Shown here piece after piece: positions 1 through 7,162 of a stretch of 24,000 nt of DNA. Position 1 is the first letter of the stretch. The number at the start of each line of letters is the position of its first letter. The DNA comes from Alkalihalobacillus sp. BA299 (GTDB taxonomy: Bacteria; Bacillota; Bacilli; Bacillales; Bacillaceae_F). Below the pieces are notes generated by a model. The model made no database searches, was not told where the DNA came from, and saw only the letters and a list, made by a program, of their open reading frames with translations. A program made the translations under genes and the position numbers. Location of the stretch: the NCBI RefSeq assembly GCF_017745675.1, contig NZ_JAFLJM010000005.1:265324-289323 (forward strand), given 5' to 3'.

Positions 1-332
1 CCCGTTTATTAGTTTACCGTGCAGGGTACTTGAAAAACGAAGGGATTAGAAATACGAGAGAAACGTCATTAGCGAAATGGCAATCATGTGACTTCGCCTT
101 AGAAGCGGCCAATGATGCCGTACAAATTCACGGAGCCTACGGTTTTTCAAATGAATATCCAGTCGAGCGCTTTTTGCGAAATGCGAAAGCTCCTGTAATA
201 TATGAAGGAACGAGAGAGATCCATACGGTAATGCAAGGAGAATATGTGCTTGGCTACCGAGAAGATAAGCCTCTTTCCAAAACGTTACCAGCTTGGCCAT
301 TTGAAAATCAACGAGAAGCGGCTATAAAATAA
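1..332 (+). CDS. Acyl-CoA dehydrogenase, C-terminal fragment (5' end outside window)
   Basis: The frame is open from nt 3 ([14 protein letters not shown]...), so the TTG at 30 in the ORF track is not the true start. The translation ...RETSLAKW...[36 protein letters not shown]... matches the conserved C-terminal helical domain of acyl-CoA dehydrogenases (YEGT.EI region). Confidence 0.85.
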   Translation, partial: RLLVYRAGYLKNEGIRNTRETSLAKWQSCDFALEAANDAVQIHGAYGFSNEYPVERFLRNAKAPVIYEGTREIHTVMQGEYVLGYREDKPLSKTLPAWPFENQREAAIK

Positions 333-523
333 TAAATTTATAACTGACCCTAGTTCCGTTGTGAAAATCGTGAAAAAAGAAATACTTTTATATGAGGTTA
401 ACGAACCAGGGTCTACTGTCATCAATAAATATCGCTATTTTACATGTATAGGGTAGTCCGCTTCAATTATTAGAAATTTAAACTCAAACTCTTTTTCTAT
501 GTAGGATGCTTCACTAGGTTATT

Positions 524-557
524 AGAATTCCTAAATGTAAAGGGATTCTTTTTTTTG
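524..557 (+). terminator. Rho-independent terminator candidate downstream of the acyl-CoA dehydrogenase gene
   Basis: AGAATTCC (524-531) pairs with GGGATTCT (542-549), 8 bp including one G-U. It is followed by a run of 8-9 T. Confidence 0.6.
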
Positions 558-633
558 ATTTATTCTACAGAATCGCTACGCTTGTAAGCAGGGAAACGAC
601 AGTTGGAAAGGGAATACATTTTTATCCCGCTTA

Positions 634-703
634 ACTGGCGCTAAGATTCCCACTTCAAGGTTTTAAGGAAACAAGAAAAGCTAAGTGGGATATAAGCGCC
701 AGT
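634..703 (+). other. Long two-helix hairpin in the leader of the DUF3870 gene (function unknown)
   Basis: ACTGGCGCT/AGCGCCAGT (9 bp) and TCCCACTT/AAGTGGGA (8 bp) are nested around an internal loop and a roughly 27-nt apical loop. No coding potential. Confidence 0.45.
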
Positions 704-726
704 AACAACCCGATTGGTTCAACTAA

Positions 727-763
727 CATTCAGTGGGGGGGAAGGAAACCCCCCCACTGAATG
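727..763. other. Perfect 15-bp hairpin containing G7 and C7 tracts
   Basis: CATTCAGTGGGGGGG-AAGGAAA-CCCCCCCACTGAATG. No U-tract follows on either strand, so it is not a canonical intrinsic terminator. It lies 44 nt upstream of the 807 start codon. Confidence 0.5.
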
Positions 764-806
764 AAGTTTCACTTTATAAGATATTCGTTTTGAGAGGAGT
801 AAGGTA

Positions 807-1133
807 ATGTATCGTCCAAAAATTATTTTTATAGCAGGTCATTCTCGTCTGCCACAAGGAATGGCTGCCAAAAGTGTATTTGAAACACTAACAGTTACTG
901 CTGAAATAGAGTCAAAATATGGTGTTATTCTTGATGCTTCTTGCACCTTGGCTACTGAACATGGTCGGCAGTACATCGGTAATCTATTAAAAGGGTTTAG
1001 CTTAAAAGATGGTATCGAAGAGCCAATTAAAAGTATACAGCTACAATATCGGGGGAAAGCGGCCAATGCAATAGTAGCAGCATTAAAGGACTTACATATA
1101 CAATTTAAACAATTAGAAGAAGAGACATTTTAA
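807..1133 (+). CDS. DUF3870-like small protein
   Basis: 108-aa ORF with SD GAGAGGAG upstream. The pattern MY.P..I.I.G......, internal D.SC....T..FI..L..G and C-terminal KA..A.VAALKD resembles my recollection of the DUF3870 family. The family assignment is from memory, not from a search. Confidence 0.6.
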   Translation: MYRPKIIFIAGHSRLPQGMAAKSVFETLTVTAEIESKYGVILDASCTLATEHGRQYIGNLLKGFSLKDGIEEPIKSIQLQYRGKAANAIVAALKDLHIQFKQLEEETF

Positions 1134-1298
1134 GAAAAAATTAAAAGTTGAAATAGGGGAAACAGGTGCTTCGGTATCAATTCTTCCCATAACGATGAAG
1201 TAACGATTGTAGTTATTTTGATTATTTGCCATAATGGATAATGAATATGTTAATACTCGTTTTTTACATGAAATAGAACTCTAGAAGGTAGGTAGTTT

Positions 1299-2474
1299 AT
1301 GTCGGAGCAAAATATTACGAGAATAGATTTAAATGGGAAGGAACTCATCTTAATAGGAACTGCCCATGTTTCCAAACAAAGTGCAGAACAAGTAAAAGAA
1401 GTGATCGAGGCGGAGCAGCCTGATTCAGTATGTGTTGAACTCGATGAACAGCGCTATCAGTCGATTGTCGATAGTAATAAATGGAAAGATATGGACATCT
1501 TTAAAGTGATTAAAGAAAAGAAAGCATCCTTACTTTTAATGAATTTAGTGATATCCTCTTTTCAAAAGCGCATGGCGAAGCAGTTTGGTATCAAGCCTGG
1601 TCAAGAAATGATCCAAGGGATTGAATCAGCAAAGGAAATCGATGCGGAACTCGTATTAGCAGATCGCAATATACAAATCACCTTCGCCCGCATTTGGCAT
1701 AATATTGGCTTTTGGGGAAAGGCCAAGCTTCTAATGGAGATTTTTGGTAGTATTTTCAATAAAGAAGACATCTCAGAAGCGGATTTAGAAAAAATGAAAT
1801 CACAGGATATGCTCGACTCGATGCTTCATGAGTTCACCGTGTCCTTTCCAAAATTAAAGGTGCCGTTAATTGATGAGCGTGATCAATATTTAGCGCAAAA
1901 AATTAAAGAAGCTCCTGGCAATAAGGTTGTTGCTGTTTTAGGTGCGGCACATGTTCCTGGTATAAAAGAAGAGATATATAAAGATCATGACTTAGATGCG
2001 ATTTCGCAGCGCCCACCAAAATCAAATGCACCGAAAGTCATTGCTTGGATGATTCCAATATTTATTCTAAGTATTATTGGGTATACATTTTATGCAAATC
2101 CTTCCATAGGAGTGGATCTGACGGTAAGTTGGATTCTTTGGAATGGAGGCTTTGCTGCGCTTGGAGCTGCGATTGCCTTTGGGCATCCTTTGAGTATTCT
2201 TACTGCTTTTATAGTCGCTCCGATAAGCTCATTAAACCCGTTACTTGCTGCTGGATGGTTTGCTGGGTTTGTTGAAGCTTATATCCGAAAACCGAAAGTA
2301 GGAGATTTTGAAAACTTGTCCGACGATGTTTTTACGGTTAAAGGCTTTTGGAGCAATATGGTAACACGCATTCTTTTGGTCGTTGTCTTGACGAACTTAG
2401 GAAGTGCGTTAGGGACGTTTATTGGTGGAGCCGATGTCATTCGTATGTTTATACAGAACATCTTAGGAGCTTAA
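1299..2474 (+). CDS. TraB/GumN-family protein with C-terminal membrane domain
   Basis: The N-terminal ELILIGTAHVSKQSAEQVKEVIEAEQPDSVCVELDEQRYQ and later VLGAAHVPGI are hallmarks of the TraB (pheromone-shutdown-like) family. The C-terminal third is hydrophobic. Confidence 0.85.
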   Translation: MSEQNITRIDLNGKELILIGTAHVSKQSAEQVKEVIEAEQPDSVCVELDEQRYQSIVDSNKWKDMDIFKVIKEKKASLLLMNLVISSFQKRMAKQFGIKPGQEMIQGIESAKEIDAELVLADRNIQITFARIWHNIGFWGKAKLLMEIFGSIFNKEDISEADLEKMKSQDMLDSMLHEFTVSFPKLKVPLIDERDQYLAQKIKEAPGNKVVAVLGAAHVPGIKEEIYKDHDLDAISQRPPKSNAPKVIAWMIPIFILSIIGYTFYANPSIGVDLTVSWILWNGGFAALGAAIAFGHPLSILTAFIVAPISSLNPLLAAGWFAGFVEAYIRKPKVGDFENLSDDVFTVKGFWSNMVTRILLVVVLTNLGSALGTFIGGADVIRMFIQNILGA

Positions 2475-2531
2475 TTTTAAAATATTGCATTATATTAGGA
2501 AGTGGAACGTGATTGCAGTGTCTTTCCTAAA

Positions 2532-2717
2532 GGCTCTTTTTTCAAAGATTGTTGCTCTTTGCTTTTGGACCGTAAGCCAAGCGGATGCTTGGCTCTTCAC
2601 GCTACGCGTGAAGCTTTTGAAAATAAAATAGCCGTTCAGACAAATAAATTTGTCTTGAAAAGACTATTTTATTTTCAAAAAAACGGTCCAAAAGCAACAA
2701 AGTTTACGAAAACAGCC
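2532..2717 (+). mobile_element. MITE-like non-autonomous element, copy 1 (186 bp)
   Basis: It begins GGCTCTTTT... and ends ...AAAACAGCC, which are imperfect terminal inverted repeats. It is flanked by the identical 8-bp direct repeat TTCCTAAA (2524-2531 and 2718-2725). Homologous copies lie at 15499-15683 and 23439-23623. The interior has nested hairpins. The 77-aa ORF 2502..2735 is an artefact of this element. Confidence 0.85.
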
Positions 2718-2731
2718 TTCCTAAAACACGA

Positions 2732-2764
2732 GTAGCATCTGTTACAGGTGCTACTTATTTTTTC
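2732..2764 (+). terminator. Rho-independent terminator (probably the original traB-family gene terminator, displaced by the MITE)
   Basis: GTAGCATCTG-TTA-CAGGTGCTAC forms a 10-bp stem with one G-U, followed by TTATTTTTT. Confidence 0.6.
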
Positions 2765-2772
2765 TAAAAAAG

Positions 2773-2781
2773 TGCTATAAT
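2773..2781 (+). promoter_or_regulatory. Extended -10 promoter element (TGcTATAAT) upstream of the methyltransferase gene
   Basis: TG at 2773-2774 and TATAAT at 2776-2781, about 35 nt upstream of the TTG start and its AGGAGG SD. The -35 is weak. Confidence 0.4.
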
Positions 2782-2814
2782 ATAAACTAGATTACTAGCA
2801 GGAGGAAGTTTAAC

Positions 2815-3942
2815 TTGGTAAAGCCGTTTGTAAAGTGGCCAGGAGGCAAGTCTGCCGAACTGGAAATCATCCATCAATATATGCCGAAAACAATGAACAA
2901 TTATATCGAGCCCTTTTTAGGTGGGGGAGCATGCTTTCTCTCGATTAAAAAAGAACGATATCATCAAGCTTATGTTAATGATTTTTCAAGTGAGCTGATT
3001 GCATTATATACATTGACAAAAGAAAAAAATGAGTTGTTTCAGCAATATTTACAGGAAATATGGGAAGTATGGAGTTTTTTTGGAATGTTGTCCAATGATT
3101 ATTATGAAACACTCCGACGCTTCTATCAGCAATTTAAAAGTAACGAAATTGATAAAGAACAATTAAAACAAATTATTAATGAAATGATTGAAATTAAGCG
3201 AAATGAAATTGCATTAGGAGTACAAAATAGTTTGAATATCAATTTTGAAAGGTTAATAACGGAGCTAAAAAAATCACTCCTATCAAAATTCGGTAACACT
3301 AAGAATAACGAATTAAAAAAAGGCGACCTGCCAGAAGAAGATTATCGAAAGAACTTTGAATCCAGTATCAGGGCAAGTGTTTATACGTATTATCGCTATC
3401 TTTATAATGAGAGGGTAAAATATAATCTTAATCAAGAAATGCATATTGCTTTATTTTTCTACTTACGTGAATTTTGTTATTCGTCAATGTTTAGATATAA
3501 TAAGAGCGGTGGTTTTAATGTTCCTTATGGTGGAACTTCGTATAATAGTAAAGCATTTCATCATAAAATCGAGTACTTATGGAATGACGAACTGCAGGAA
3601 ATTTTAAGTCGTACGAATATATATAATGTCGACTTTGAGAAATTTTTACAGGGAATTCCTATTCATGAAGAGGACTTTATCTTCTTAGATCCGCCATATG
3701 ATAGTGATTTTTCGACGTATGCTAATCATTCGTTTGCAAGTCATGATCAAGAGCGGCTCGCGGAGTACTTATTAAACGAGTGCAAGTGCCGTTTCATGCT
3801 AATTATTAAAAATACCGACTTTATTTTTAATCTTTATAATCAGCCTGGTATCAATATTATTGGCTTTAACAAAGAGTATAGCGTAAGTTTTATGGATCGA
3901 AATGATCGTAAGGTAGAACATATCTTAATAACGAATTATTAA
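2815..3942 (+). CDS. Dam-family (D12 class, alpha group) N6-adenine DNA methyltransferase
   Basis: TTG start preceded by AGGAGG. It has the FVKWPGGKS motif (KW.GGK), the EPFLGGGA AdoMet motif (F.G.G) and the catalytic DPPY near the C-terminus. This is the order found in Dam/DpnM. At 375 aa it is roughly 100 aa longer than E. coli Dam. Confidence 0.9.
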   Translation: MVKPFVKWPGGKSAELEIIHQYMPKTMNNYIEPFLGGGACFLSIKKERYHQAYVNDFSSELIALYTLTKEKNELFQQYLQEIWEVWSFFGMLSNDYYETLRRFYQQFKSNEIDKEQLKQIINEMIEIKRNEIALGVQNSLNINFERLITELKKSLLSKFGNTKNNELKKGDLPEEDYRKNFESSIRASVYTYYRYLYNERVKYNLNQEMHIALFFYLREFCYSSMFRYNKSGGFNVPYGGTSYNSKAFHHKIEYLWNDELQEILSRTNIYNVDFEKFLQGIPIHEEDFIFLDPPYDSDFSTYANHSFASHDQERLAEYLLNECKCRFMLIIKNTDFIFNLYNQPGINIIGFNKEYSVSFMDRNDRKVEHILITNY

Positions 3943-3976
3943 AAGGTAGAGCAGCTTAGTCTCTACCTTTTTTATT
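3942..3976. terminator. Bidirectional terminator between convergent methyltransferase and MarR-GNAT genes
   Basis: AAAGGTAGAG-loop-CTCTACCTTT forms a 10-bp stem, with an A-run before it and a T-run after it. Confidence 0.7.
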
Positions 3977-4041
3977 GGTAATGAATCCAATATCCCTTGT
4001 TTCCAATTTTGATTTTTCGTTTTACTTTGTTTAGTATTCAT

Positions 4042-4959
4042 CTAAAGGTCGAGATCCCATCGTTCTTCGATTAATTTCGTTCCGGTCCATTCTTCATTTG
4101 GTTTTTCTTCAGTTAGTTTAAAATTATATTTTTGGTAAAGATAGCGAGCCGTGTGCAATGTGCTTACTGTCCATAAAAATACATGCTGATATTTTAGTTC
4201 TTCACAGAAATTAAGGGCAGTCTCCATGAGTTTTTTCCCAATGCCCATGCCCTGATAATTTTCATCCAAAACAAACCATCTTAGCTGTGCTACTGTATCA
4301 CTGGACTTCGTAATTGCAATCGAACCGACGATTTCACCATTCACTTCAGCAACCCAAAGCTCTCCTCTATCGGTATTAATCATAAATTCTGTTAAACCTT
4401 TCATGACGTAATATTCAAACATCCGACCGAACTTATATGTCTTATCATATAACTTTCCATGAAGATAGGCGACGTATCCAATATCACCGGGTTGACATGG
4501 TCGAATGACGACTTCTGATTGGGAAGAATGTTCTTTCGAGTAAATTGATTCGATTGTTTCCATCGCTATGACTAGCTTAGATAGATCATTTTTTGATAAG
4601 TTTTCAATCATCTTATTTACCCCACGATTAGCATTTTCAACTAAGTCTTGGAAAATTTCTTTGCCATATTCAGTTAGATAGAGAGAATGCTGACGTTTAT
4701 CCACTTTTGACTGTTCTTTTATGATGATATTTTCATCCTCGAAACGTTGGATAATTCGACTCATATAGCCTCGGTCAATACCAAGATTTTCTCTGACTTC
4801 AGTTGCAGTACAACCATTTCTGTAATTGATTTCAGTAATAACCCGTGCCTCCGTTAATGGAAAAGGTTGATTATAGATTGCTTGATCGATTTTGCCTAGA
4901 ACATTTGCATAATACCTGTTGAATTTTCGGATTTTCTCTACATATTGGGTTGATTTCAT
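4042..4959 (-). CDS. Bifunctional MarR-family HTH regulator / GNAT N-acetyltransferase fusion
   Basis: The N-terminus LTEARVITEINYRNGCTATEVRENLGIDRGYMSRIIQRFEDENII...DKRQHSLYLTEYG is a MarR winged helix. The C-terminus ...LRWFVLDENYQGMGIGKKLMETALNF... is the GNAT acetyl-CoA motif (Q/R..G.G). Confidence 0.85.
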   Translation of the reverse strand: MKSTQYVEKIRKFNRYYANVLGKIDQAIYNQPFPLTEARVITEINYRNGCTATEVRENLGIDRGYMSRIIQRFEDENIIIKEQSKVDKRQHSLYLTEYGKEIFQDLVENANRGVNKMIENLSKNDLSKLVIAMETIESIYSKEHSSQSEVVIRPCQPGDIGYVAYLHGKLYDKTYKFGRMFEYYVMKGLTEFMINTDRGELWVAEVNGEIVGSIAITKSSDTVAQLRWFVLDENYQGMGIGKKLMETALNFCEELKYQHVFLWTVSTLHTARYLYQKYNFKLTEEKPNEEWTGTKLIEERWDLDL

Positions 4960-5009
4960 GGATAATTCTCCTTATTATTCAGTAAATTAACACTAACTAT
5001 ATTCTATCC

Positions 5010-5038
5010 TTTTATAGTTGACTCAGTCAACTATAAAA
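5010..5038. promoter_or_regulatory. Perfect 13-3-13 palindrome, candidate MarR-type operator
   Basis: TTTTATAGTTGAC-TCA-GTCAACTATAAAA lies 50-80 nt upstream of the MarR-GNAT start, in the divergent intergenic region shared with the DUF3883 gene. Confidence 0.5.
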
Positions 5039-5175
5039 CAAATACCATATACAGTTTGTAAATCAAAGGGAGTGAGTCAATAATCTTTTTATTGAATCTG
5101 AAATAGCGAGGAAACATAAAACATCGATGGTATGGTACGCTAGCATTAATAGAGTGGACTAAAGGAGGAGTAAAA

Positions 5176-5940
5176 GTGAGTAATTATACCGAAAGAGAAA
5201 TACTTGCTGTTGCTATAAAAATTTTAGAAGAATCGGGGGAAATGACGACGACAGAGTTAAAAGAAGCCCTTATGTTCGATATGAAGCCAGATGGTAACGA
5301 TTTAGAAATCAACATGAATCGCAATGACACGAAATTTGAGCAAAAAGTAAGAAATATGATCTCTCACCGAGAAAACAATGAATTGTTGAAGTACTGTGAA
5401 TATCGAAGAGTAGGCCGAAATGGCATTTTAAGATCTAGGTCTTTACCAAAATTAGAACGAGAAGGAAATGATAAAAAGGAAATTGCTGAACGAAAGGAAA
5501 AGAAGCGACGGTTTCAGGCAAGAAAAGTGAACTTTGATGAGCTTAATATGAGAAATAAAAAGATTGGGTTAATGGGGGAGGAGTTTGTTCTTAAAATTGA
5601 AAAAGAAAGACTCAGTCAAGAGCTAAATGAAAAAGTGATTCATATTTCCCTTGAAGAGGGGGACGGGGCAGGCTACGATATTTTATCTTATGAAGAATCA
5701 GGAAAACCAAAATTTTTAGAAGTAAAAACAACAACAGGTCAGAGGGAAACACCGTTTTACTTAACGGAAAATGAAAAAGCATTTATTGAAGAGTTTGGAA
5801 ATGAGGCTGAAATCGTAAGGGTTTACGAGTTTGATCTAGAGACAGGTACCGGCAAAATTTTTAGGATGAATGGAGAAAATTTTCTCGCAAGCGTAAATTT
5901 GCAATCAGTCGCTTATAAAGTTACATTAAAGAAAAACTGA
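5176..5940 (+). CDS. Winged-helix (Mrr_N-like) + DUF3883 PD-(D/E)xK nuclease-like protein
   Basis: GTG start with SD AAAGGAGGAG. The C-terminal GLMGEEFV...GAGYDILSYEE.GKPKFLEVKTTTG...FYLTENE gives an E...D...E.K arrangement typical of the DUF3883 / restriction-endonuclease-like fold. The N-terminal 80 aa resemble the small wHTH found at the N-terminus of Mrr. A K/R/E-rich linker joins the two parts. Confidence 0.7.
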   Translation: MSNYTEREILAVAIKILEESGEMTTTELKEALMFDMKPDGNDLEINMNRNDTKFEQKVRNMISHRENNELLKYCEYRRVGRNGILRSRSLPKLEREGNDKKEIAERKEKKRRFQARKVNFDELNMRNKKIGLMGEEFVLKIEKERLSQELNEKVIHISLEEGDGAGYDILSYEESGKPKFLEVKTTTGQRETPFYLTENEKAFIEEFGNEAEIVRVYEFDLETGTGKIFRMNGENFLASVNLQSVAYKVTLKKN

Positions 5941-5973
5941 GCACAGTGGTAAAAAGTTACAATCAAAAGGAAA

Positions 5974-5993
5974 GAGAGCCCCAAAAGGCTCTT
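5974..5993. terminator. Hairpin terminator between the DUF3883 gene and the convergent YjcZ-like micro-gene
   Basis: GAGAGCC-CCAAAA-GGCTCTT. The T-rich tail is better on the minus strand (TTTCCTTTTGATT). Confidence 0.45.
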
Positions 5994-6040
5994 CTTGTGA
6001 GTGTTTAAGGAGAAAGGATGCAGGTGGACTTTCGTGCTAA

Positions 6041-6142
6041 TTAGTAATAAGGTTTAACAAAAGCTGTCCCAACAATGATTAATAAAATGAACAGAACAAC
6101 GATTAACTCAAAATTATTATCTTTTTTGTGTTCATGACTCAT
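6041..6142 (-). CDS. YjcZ-like small hydrophobic (sporulation-type) protein, 33 aa; absent from the ORF track
   Basis: The minus-strand ATG is preceded by GGAGGTGAAACCTTC. The translation is MSHEHKKDNNFELIVVLFILLIIVGTAFVKPYY. The core F.LIVVLFILLIIVG is the signature I associate with the YjcZ family. A CATAaaaTA (SigK-like -10) lies upstream on the minus strand. Confidence 0.55.
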   Translation of the reverse strand: MSHEHKKDNNFELIVVLFILLIIVGTAFVKPYY

Positions 6143-6339
6143 GAAGGTTTCACCTCCTAAATACACAGGATTACTATATTTTATGCCTTGTCTTTATGAA
6201 TGTGTAGACGAACTTCATCCGGTAAAAAACCATTTTACGAAAGGATATGTTGACCGTGTATTAAAAGAAAAATTGATGATAATTTTAAAACAGAGATAAA
6301 GGTTATTTAACGATCGAAACAGAATATTTGAATTTAAGG

Positions 6340-7061
6340 TTAGTGTTTTATCTGTGGAATAATTACATTATGTTCATCCTTTAAAGAAACATGTAATTCC
6401 AGATCACGATTTATCGAGGCAAAAAAGACATTCTTTAGTTCATTTACTCCTTGATTAGATAATTGTTCCTCTAACCATGTTTGACTCAGTTTAAAATCCC
6501 TTAAGATATCCGAATAAATGGTTCCCTCTACGATGATTGGAAGAGCAACCATAGATGTTGGCTTTATAATCTTCATATCTTCTAAACGGGATGTTTTTCA
6601 GTTTTCTTTAATACGCTCAAAGCTCCATTTGCTTCAATAATTGCTGTTTCAACTTCGCTGATGTCAAATACGTTTTTTTCTCTAAGCATTTGAAGTATGT
6701 TATCGATAGAATAACGAATTTTTTTTAGGTTTTTATCGAGAAACTTCCCATTCTGAATTACAACAGTGGGCTCAAAGGTAAGTAATCTCCCTATTTTACG
6801 ATTGGTTATTTTCCAGTTGGTAATGACCCTTTGAAAAAGAGCAATAATAATAATAGCTACTGCGGTGGGGAAATGTTTTATACTAGGGTCTGCGATGTCA
6901 GCACCAACAACAGCTCCCAATGTGATAATAATTAAATAATCAAATATTGGCAACTCACCAATTGCACGTTTTCCCATATAAAGGGTCATAAACAAAAGTA
7001 AAGGTAAAATCGTAACGATTCTTCCTAAAACCAAAAGTGAGTCTGACAGAAATTCAAACAT
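6340..7061 (-). pseudogene. DUF421 (YetF-like) membrane protein split into 159-aa and 78-aa ORFs by a frameshift
   Basis: The two ORFs cover the N-terminal membrane plus first soluble part (...ANGALSVLKKTEKHPV*) and the C-terminal part (..IIKPTSMVALPIIVEGTIYSDIL..SQTWLEEQLSNQGV...) of a single YetF-like protein. Reading HP-R-LEDMKIIKPTS across plus-strand GGG 6588-6590 would restore one ORF, which implies a 1-nt loss in a C/G run. Confidence 0.6.
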
Positions 7062-7162
7062 TGTTTGTACCGCCTTTTTTCTATAAATTTTATGCTAATT
7101 ATTTGAAGTAACATTTGTTTCGAAATTTCTTATGCTATAGTTGGAAATATTTATGTGTTTAG

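Noticed and set aside
560-806. Known riboswitch or T-box in the DUF3870 leader (ACTGGCG recalled the ZTP/pfl motif)
   Set aside because: The other obligatory ZTP elements (CCGCCTGGGC pseudoknot partner) are absent. The T-box sequence, specifier and AG-bulge features are also absent. The region is left as an unassigned structure.
2502-2735. 77-aa ORF in the track (MERDCSVFPKGSFFKDCCSLLL...)
   Set aside because: It lies entirely within MITE copy 1. The same DNA occurs at two other loci, once inverted, and is not kept open there. It has no SD. It is an artefact of the repeat.
4042-4959. GNAT toxin of a toxin-antitoxin pair (TacT/AtaT-like)
   Set aside because: The GNAT domain is fused to a full MarR domain in one 305-aa protein and has no small adjacent antitoxin ORF. 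This fusion is a common regulator/acetyltransferase architecture.
6180-6300. 38-codon plus-strand ORF (MPCLYECVDELHPVKNHFTKGYVDRVLKEKLMIILKQR)
   Set aside because: No usable SD, since AGGA lies 13 nt upstream. It has no family resemblance and lies in the promoter region of the minus-strand YjcZ-like gene.
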